64,000 nucleotides of DNA from Syntrophales bacterium (lineage in GTDB: Bacteria > Desulfobacterota > Syntrophia > Syntrophales > UBA6807). The stretch spans positions 256,001 through 320,000 of the forward strand of contig JAXGPA010000002.1 of the NCBI GenBank assembly GCA_040767195.1, given 5' to 3'. Shown here piece after piece: positions 59,599 through 64,000 of the stretch. Numbering within the stretch: the stretch's first letter is position 1; every line of letters begins with the position of its first letter. The notes under the pieces were generated by a model. That model saw only the letters and a program-made list of their open reading frames with translations, was not told where the DNA came from and made no database searches. Position numbers and translations under genes: made by a program.

Positions 59599-62500
59599 TC
59601 AGGACTCCTTCTCCTCGGGGTTCTCGACCAGGTCCACGTCAATGGCCAGCCCCTGCAGTTCCTTGACCAGCACGTTGAACGACTCGGGGAGGCCCGGTTC
59701 GAGGCTGTGCTCGCCTTTGACGATGGCCTCGTAAATCCTCGTCCGGCCCGCCACGTCGTCCGACTTGACGGTGAGAAACTCCTGAAGGGAGTGAGCCGCG
59801 CCGTAAGCCTCGATGGCCCAGACCTCCATTTCCCCGAGGCGCTGGCCTCCGAACTGGGCTTTCCCGCCCAGGGGCTGCTGGGTCACCAGGGAGTAAGGCC
59901 CGATGGACCGCGCATGGATCTTGTCGTCCACGAGATGGTGGAGCTTCATCATGTAGATCATGCCGACGGTGATCATCTGATCGAAGGGCTCTCCCGTTCG
60001 GCCGTCGAAAAGGAGGGTCTGCCCCGTCACGGGAAGACGGGCTTCCTGGAGAATGTCCTTGATCTGCTCTTCCTTGGCGCCGTCGAAGACGGGGGAGGCC
60101 ATGGGGATTCCGGTTTTCAGGCGGTCGACGAACCGGCGAAGTTCATCCTCCGTCGCCCCGTCCACAAAGCGGCTGAATTCCCGGGACCCGTAAATCCGTT
60201 TCAGCTCCTTGCGGATGGCGGAAGGGGAATATTTCTGTTCCATGACGGCCTGGATCTTTTCGCCGAGGCCCTTGGCGGCCCAGCCGAGATGGGTCTCGAG
60301 GATCTGTCCCACGTTCATACGGGAGGGGACGCCCAGGGGGTTCAGAATGATGTCCACCGGGGTCCCGTCGATGAAAAAGGGCATGTCCTCCTCGGGGAGT
60401 ATCCGGGAGAGAACCCCCTTGTTACCGTGACGGCCGGCCATCTTGTCCCCCACGGAAAGCTTGCGCTTCACGGCGATGTAGACCTTGACGAGCTTGATAA
60501 CGCCTGGCGGCAGTTCGTCGCCGGCCTTCAGCTTCTCGATCTTCTCGGCGAAAAAGGCCTTGATGAGATCCACTTTCCGGTCGAAATTGGAAAAGAGATG
60601 GGTCAGTTTCTCTTCCGTCGCCTCATCCTCGAGAGCCAGGTCTTTCCAGAGATAAAAGGGAATCCCGTTCAGAATGTCCTCCGTGATTTCCTCGCCCTTC
60701 TTCAGGAGCACCCTCTTCCGGTTCGGGTCGGAGAGTTTCGAGGCCGCCTTTTGCCCGACGACCAGTTCCCGGATCTTGTTACGGACATTGCCCTGAATGA
60801 TCCGGATCTCGTCGTCCCGGTCCTTGAGGATCCGCTCCGTCTCTTCCCGCTCGATCTTTTCCGACCGGGGGTCCTTTTCCGTCCCCTTCCGGTTGAAGAT
60901 CTTGGCATCGATGACGATCCCTTCCTCCCCCGGCGGCACCCGGAGAGAAGTGTCACGGACGTCTCCCGCCTTCTCGCCGAAGATGGCCCGAAGAAGCTTC
61001 TCCTCCGGGGAGAGCTGGGTTTCCCCCTTGGGGGTCACTTTCCCCACCAGGATATCCCCGGCCTTCACAAAGACCCCCCGTCTCACGATCCCGCTTTCAT
61101 CGAGGTTACGGAGAGCCTCGTCCCCCACGTTGGGGATGTCCCGGGTGATTTCCTCCTTGCCCAGCTTCGTGTCCCGGGCCACCGTCTCGAACTCTTCGAT
61201 GTGAATGGAGGTGTAGATGTCTTCCTTGACGATCCGTTCGCTTACGAGAATCGAGTCTTCATAGTTGTACCCGCCCCAGGACATGAAGGCCACCATGACG
61301 TTCTTGCCCAGGGCCAGCTCCCCGTTTTCCGTGGCCGGCCCGTCGGCGATGATTTCGCCACGGTTCACCCAGGTCCCCCGGGTGACGATGGGCTTGTGGT
61401 TGAAACAGGTGTCCTGGTTGGAACGCTGATACTTGGTCAGATTGTAGATGTCCACGCCCGTGTCGATGTCGTCGGCCAGTTCCTCGTTGCACTTGATGAC
61501 AATCCGGGAGGCGTCGACGTCCTCCACCACGCCCGATCGGCGGGCAACGATGACGGCGCCCGAGTCGCGGGCGACGACGGACTCCATTCCCGTCCCCACG
61601 ACAGGCGCGTCGGGCTTCAGCAGGGGAACGGCCTGGCGCTGCATGTTCGATCCCATGAGGGCGCGGTTCGCGTCGTCATGCTCCAGGAAGGGAATCAGCC
61701 CCGCGGCGACGCTGACCAGCTGGTCCGGGGAGACGTCCATGAGGGTGACTTCCCCGGGCTCGACGGTGACATAGTTTCCGCCCTTTTTGGCGATTACCAG
61801 GGGTTCGTCGATCATCCCCTTGTCGTTCAGATGGGTGCTCGCCTGGGCAATCACCTCCGTTTCCTCCTCCGTGGCGGAGAGATAGACGATCTTGTCGGTT
61901 ACCTTGCCGTTTTCCACCACCACCGACGGCGTCTCGATGAACCCGAAATCATTCACCCGGGCATAGGAGCTGAGCGAAACGATGAGGCCGATGTTGGGGC
62001 CTTCCGGGGTTTCAACGGGGCAGATGCGCCCGTAGTGGGTGTTGTGGACGTCCCGGACCTCGAAACCCGCCCGCTCCCGGGTCAGCCCTCCGGGGCCCAG
62101 GGCGGAAAGACGCCGCTTGTGGGTGATCTCCGAAAGGGGGTTCGTCTGGTCCATGAACTGGGAAAGCTGGCTGCTCCCGTAAAATTCGTTGATCACCGCC
62201 GACACGGGCTTGGCGTTCACCAGGTCGTGGGGCATCATGGTCTCCACGTCGAGGAGGCTCATTTTCTCCTTGATGGCCCGCTCCATGCGGACAAGCCCGA
62301 TGCGATACTGGTTCTCGATGAGTTCCCCCACGGAACGGATCCGCCGGTTTCCCAGGTGATCGATGTCATCCACGGTATAGCCGGGAAGCCCGTTCTTCAG
62401 TCTGATCAGGTAGTCCACGGCCTTGAGGATGTCTTCCCGGGTGAGGACCGTCATGTCCGGCGGGGAGCCCATCCGGAGCTTGTAATTGATTTTCCACCTT

Positions 62501-63702
62501 CCCACGTCGGAAAGGTCGTAGGTATTGAGATCGAAGAAAAGGCTGTTGAAAAATTTCCGCGCCGTGTCGAGCGTCGGCGGATTGCTGGGTCGCAGCCGCT
62601 TGTAGATCTCCATGACCGCTTCGTCTTCCTTTTCGAGGCGGTCCAGGAGAAGGGTCTCCCGGATGCAGGCGTTGGCGCCGTCCTCATCGAGACGGATGAA
62701 CCGAAGCGTGTCCACCCCCCGGTCGCGGACCTGATGCAGGCCCTCCGCCGTCAGGATTTCATTGCACGGAATGAGCACTTCCTCCGTATCCGGGTCTTTC
62801 ACGTCCTCCGCCAGGACCTTTTCGAGGAGATCGTCCTGTTCCACCGGAAGGCGGGTGATTCCGGCGTCGACCATCCGCTTCAGGTTTCCCTTGGTGAACT
62901 TACGCCCCTTGCGGACCAGGGTCTCCCCCGTTTTCCCGTCCACAATGTCCTCTTTGGCCTTTTCGCCCATCAGGGCTTCATCGACGGCCATGTAGAAACG
63001 GCCTTCCCGGATCGTCACCGTCTCGATACCGTAGAAGGTTCGCAGGAGTTCCTCCGTCGTGAACCCCATGGCTTTGAGGAGAATCGTCACGGGCATTTTT
63101 TTCCGCCGGTCGATCCGGGCATAGAGGACGTCCTTGGGATCGAATTCGATATCCAGCCACGAGCCCCGGATGGGCATGATCCGGGCGGAATAGATGAGTT
63201 TCCCACTGGAATGGGTCCGGCCCTTGTCGTGCTCGAAAGCGATTCCCGGGGACCGGTGAAGCTGGCTGACGATGACCCGCTCGGTGCCGTTGATGATGAA
63301 GGTTCCCTTGTCGGTCATGAGCGGGATTTCGCCGAAATAAATCTCCTGCTCCTTGATATCCCGGACGGATTTCTGGCCGCTCGCCCGGTCGGTCTCGAAA
63401 ACGACGAGACGGACCACGATCTTAAGCGGGGCGGCGTAGGTCATCCCTTTCTGAATGCACTCCTGCTCGTCGTAACGGGCCTCGCCGATGGCGTAACTGA
63501 CGAATTCGAGAGAGCACTTGGATCCGAAATCCTCGATGGGAAAAACACTCCTGAAAGCGCCCTGGAGACCGAAATTCCCCCGGGAGGAAGAACCCGTCTC
63601 CCGCTGGAGGAACCGGGCGTAGGATTTTTTCTGGATTTCGATAAGGTTCGGGATTTCTACGATTTTTTTGATTCGACCAAAATTCTTTCTGAATGTTGCC
63701 AT
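59599..63702 (-). CDS. rpoB: RNA polymerase beta subunit
   Basis: [37 protein letters not shown]; start placed at ATG 63702. Confidence 0.99.
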   Translation of the reverse strand: MATFRKNFGRIKKIVEIPNLIEIQKKSYARFLQRETGSSSRGNFGLQGAFRSVFPIEDFGSKCSLEFVSYAIGEARYDEQECIQKGMTYAAPLKIVVRLVVFETDRASGQKSVRDIKEQEIYFGEIPLMTDKGTFIINGTERVIVSQLHRSPGIAFEHDKGRTHSSGKLIYSARIMPIRGSWLDIEFDPKDVLYARIDRRKKMPVTILLKAMGFTTEELLRTFYGIETVTIREGRFYMAVDEALMGEKAKEDIVDGKTGETLVRKGRKFTKGNLKRMVDAGITRLPVEQDDLLEKVLAEDVKDPDTEEVLIPCNEILTAEGLHQVRDRGVDTLRFIRLDEDGANACIRETLLLDRLEKEDEAVMEIYKRLRPSNPPTLDTARKFFNSLFFDLNTYDLSDVGRWKINYKLRMGSPPDMTVLTREDILKAVDYLIRLKNGLPGYTVDDIDHLGNRRIRSVGELIENQYRIGLVRMERAIKEKMSLLDVETMMPHDLVNAKPVSAVINEFYGSSQLSQFMDQTNPLSEITHKRRLSALGPGGLTRERAGFEVRDVHNTHYGRICPVETPEGPNIGLIVSLSSYARVNDFGFIETPSVVVENGKVTDKIVYLSATEEETEVIAQASTHLNDKGMIDEPLVIAKKGGNYVTVEPGEVTLMDVSPDQLVSVAAGLIPFLEHDDANRALMGSNMQRQAVPLLKPDAPVVGTGMESVVARDSGAVIVARRSGVVEDVDASRIVIKCNEELADDIDTGVDIYNLTKYQRSNQDTCFNHKPIVTRGTWVNRGEIIADGPATENGELALGKNVMVAFMSWGGYNYEDSILVSERIVKEDIYTSIHIEEFETVARDTKLGKEEITRDIPNVGDEALRNLDESGIVRRGVFVKAGDILVGKVTPKGETQLSPEEKLLRAIFGEKAGDVRDTSLRVPPGEEGIVIDAKIFNRKGTEKDPRSEKIEREETERILKDRDDEIRIIQGNVRNKIRELVVGQKAASKLSDPNRKRVLLKKGEEITEDILNGIPFYLWKDLALEDEATEEKLTHLFSNFDRKVDLIKAFFAEKIEKLKAGDELPPGVIKLVKVYIAVKRKLSVGDKMAGRHGNKGVLSRILPEEDMPFFIDGTPVDIILNPLGVPSRMNVGQILETHLGWAAKGLGEKIQAVMEQKYSPSAIRKELKRIYGSREFSRFVDGATEDELRRFVDRLKTGIPMASPVFDGAKEEQIKDILQEARLPVTGQTLLFDGRTGEPFDQMITVGMIYMMKLHHLVDDKIHARSIGPYSLVTQQPLGGKAQFGGQRLGEMEVWAIEAYGAAHSLQEFLTVKSDDVAGRTRIYEAIVKGEHSLEPGLPESFNVLVKELQGLAIDVDLVENPEEKES

Positions 63703-63722
63703 AGCCTTCCTTTGAATGAATC

Positions 63723-63749
63723 CGCCCCTTCCCACGAAGGGAAGGGGCG
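63723..63749 (-). other. Stable hairpin in the rplL-rpoB spacer
   Basis: cgccccttccc / gggaaggggcg perfect 11-bp stem with no clear U tract. Confidence 0.5.
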
Positions 63750-63756
63750 AACTGTT

Positions 63757-64000
63757 CTACTTTACTTCGACGGTGGCCCCGACCTCCTCGAGCTTCTTTT
63801 TGATATCCTCGGCCTCCGCCTTGGAAACGCCCTCTTTCACCGGTTTGGGCACACCCTCCACGAGGTCTTTCGCTTCTTTCAGCCCCAGGCTCGTAATGGC
63901 CCGGACAACCTTGATGACCTGGATCTTCTCCGCGCCGAAACTCGTCAGGATGACGTTGAACTCCGTCTTTTCCTCTTCCGCCGCCGCCTGAGCCGGGGCA
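63757..64000 (-). CDS. rplL: 50S ribosomal protein L7/L12 (3' part; continues beyond the window)
   Basis: Translated by hand: [10 protein letters not shown]...[24 protein letters not shown]...[11 protein letters not shown]. Confidence 0.96.
   Translation of the reverse strand, partial: APAQAAAEEEKTEFNVILTSFGAEKIQVIKVVRAITSLGLKEAKDLVEGVPKPVKEGVSKAEAEDIKKKLEEVGATVEVK

Noticed and set aside
62090..62190. Rifampicin-resistance region of rpoB (and streptomycin sites in rpsL)
   Set aside because: Key residues look wild-type (Q, D, H, S in RpoB cluster I; both Lys in S12).
1..64000. tRNA, rRNA, CRISPR arrays, transposases, prophage genes
   Set aside because: No T-loop/cloverleaf, regularly spaced direct repeats or mobile-element proteins were recognised by eye; tRNAscan or Infernal would be needed to exclude them fully.

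Overview
GC-rich bacterial chromosome segment. By inference from protein styles, gene order and the intergenic repeat family it is probably from an anaerobic Desulfobacterota (former Deltaproteobacteria, Syntrophales-like). The right 26 kb (minus strand) is the core transcription/translation superoperon: rplL(partial)-rpoB-rpoC-rpsL-rpsG-tuf-S10-spc-alpha. It lacks fusA and adk. The left part holds housekeeping genes (purL/purQ, glmM, cysS, argC, rplM/rpsI, lptD, folC), an NtrC-family two-component system and two accessory loci. (1) A self-contained 10-gene type II fatty-acid-synthase-like cluster at 12042-20060: fabD, acyl-CoA dehydrogenase, fabH-like, fabA, fabG, fabZ-like, KAS, a divergent ACP, a PlsC-type acyltransferase and a PPTase. 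It has no enoyl reductase and is preceded by a sigma54-type promoter. (2) A membrane protein translationally coupled to a tandem-duplicated ThiF/E1-like protein (27245-29805). A ~115-150 bp inverted-repeat element occurs in four copies, one carrying a perfect 45-bp palindrome. No rRNA, tRNA, CRISPR array or transposase was recognised. All calls come from reading motifs by eye; no searches were run.
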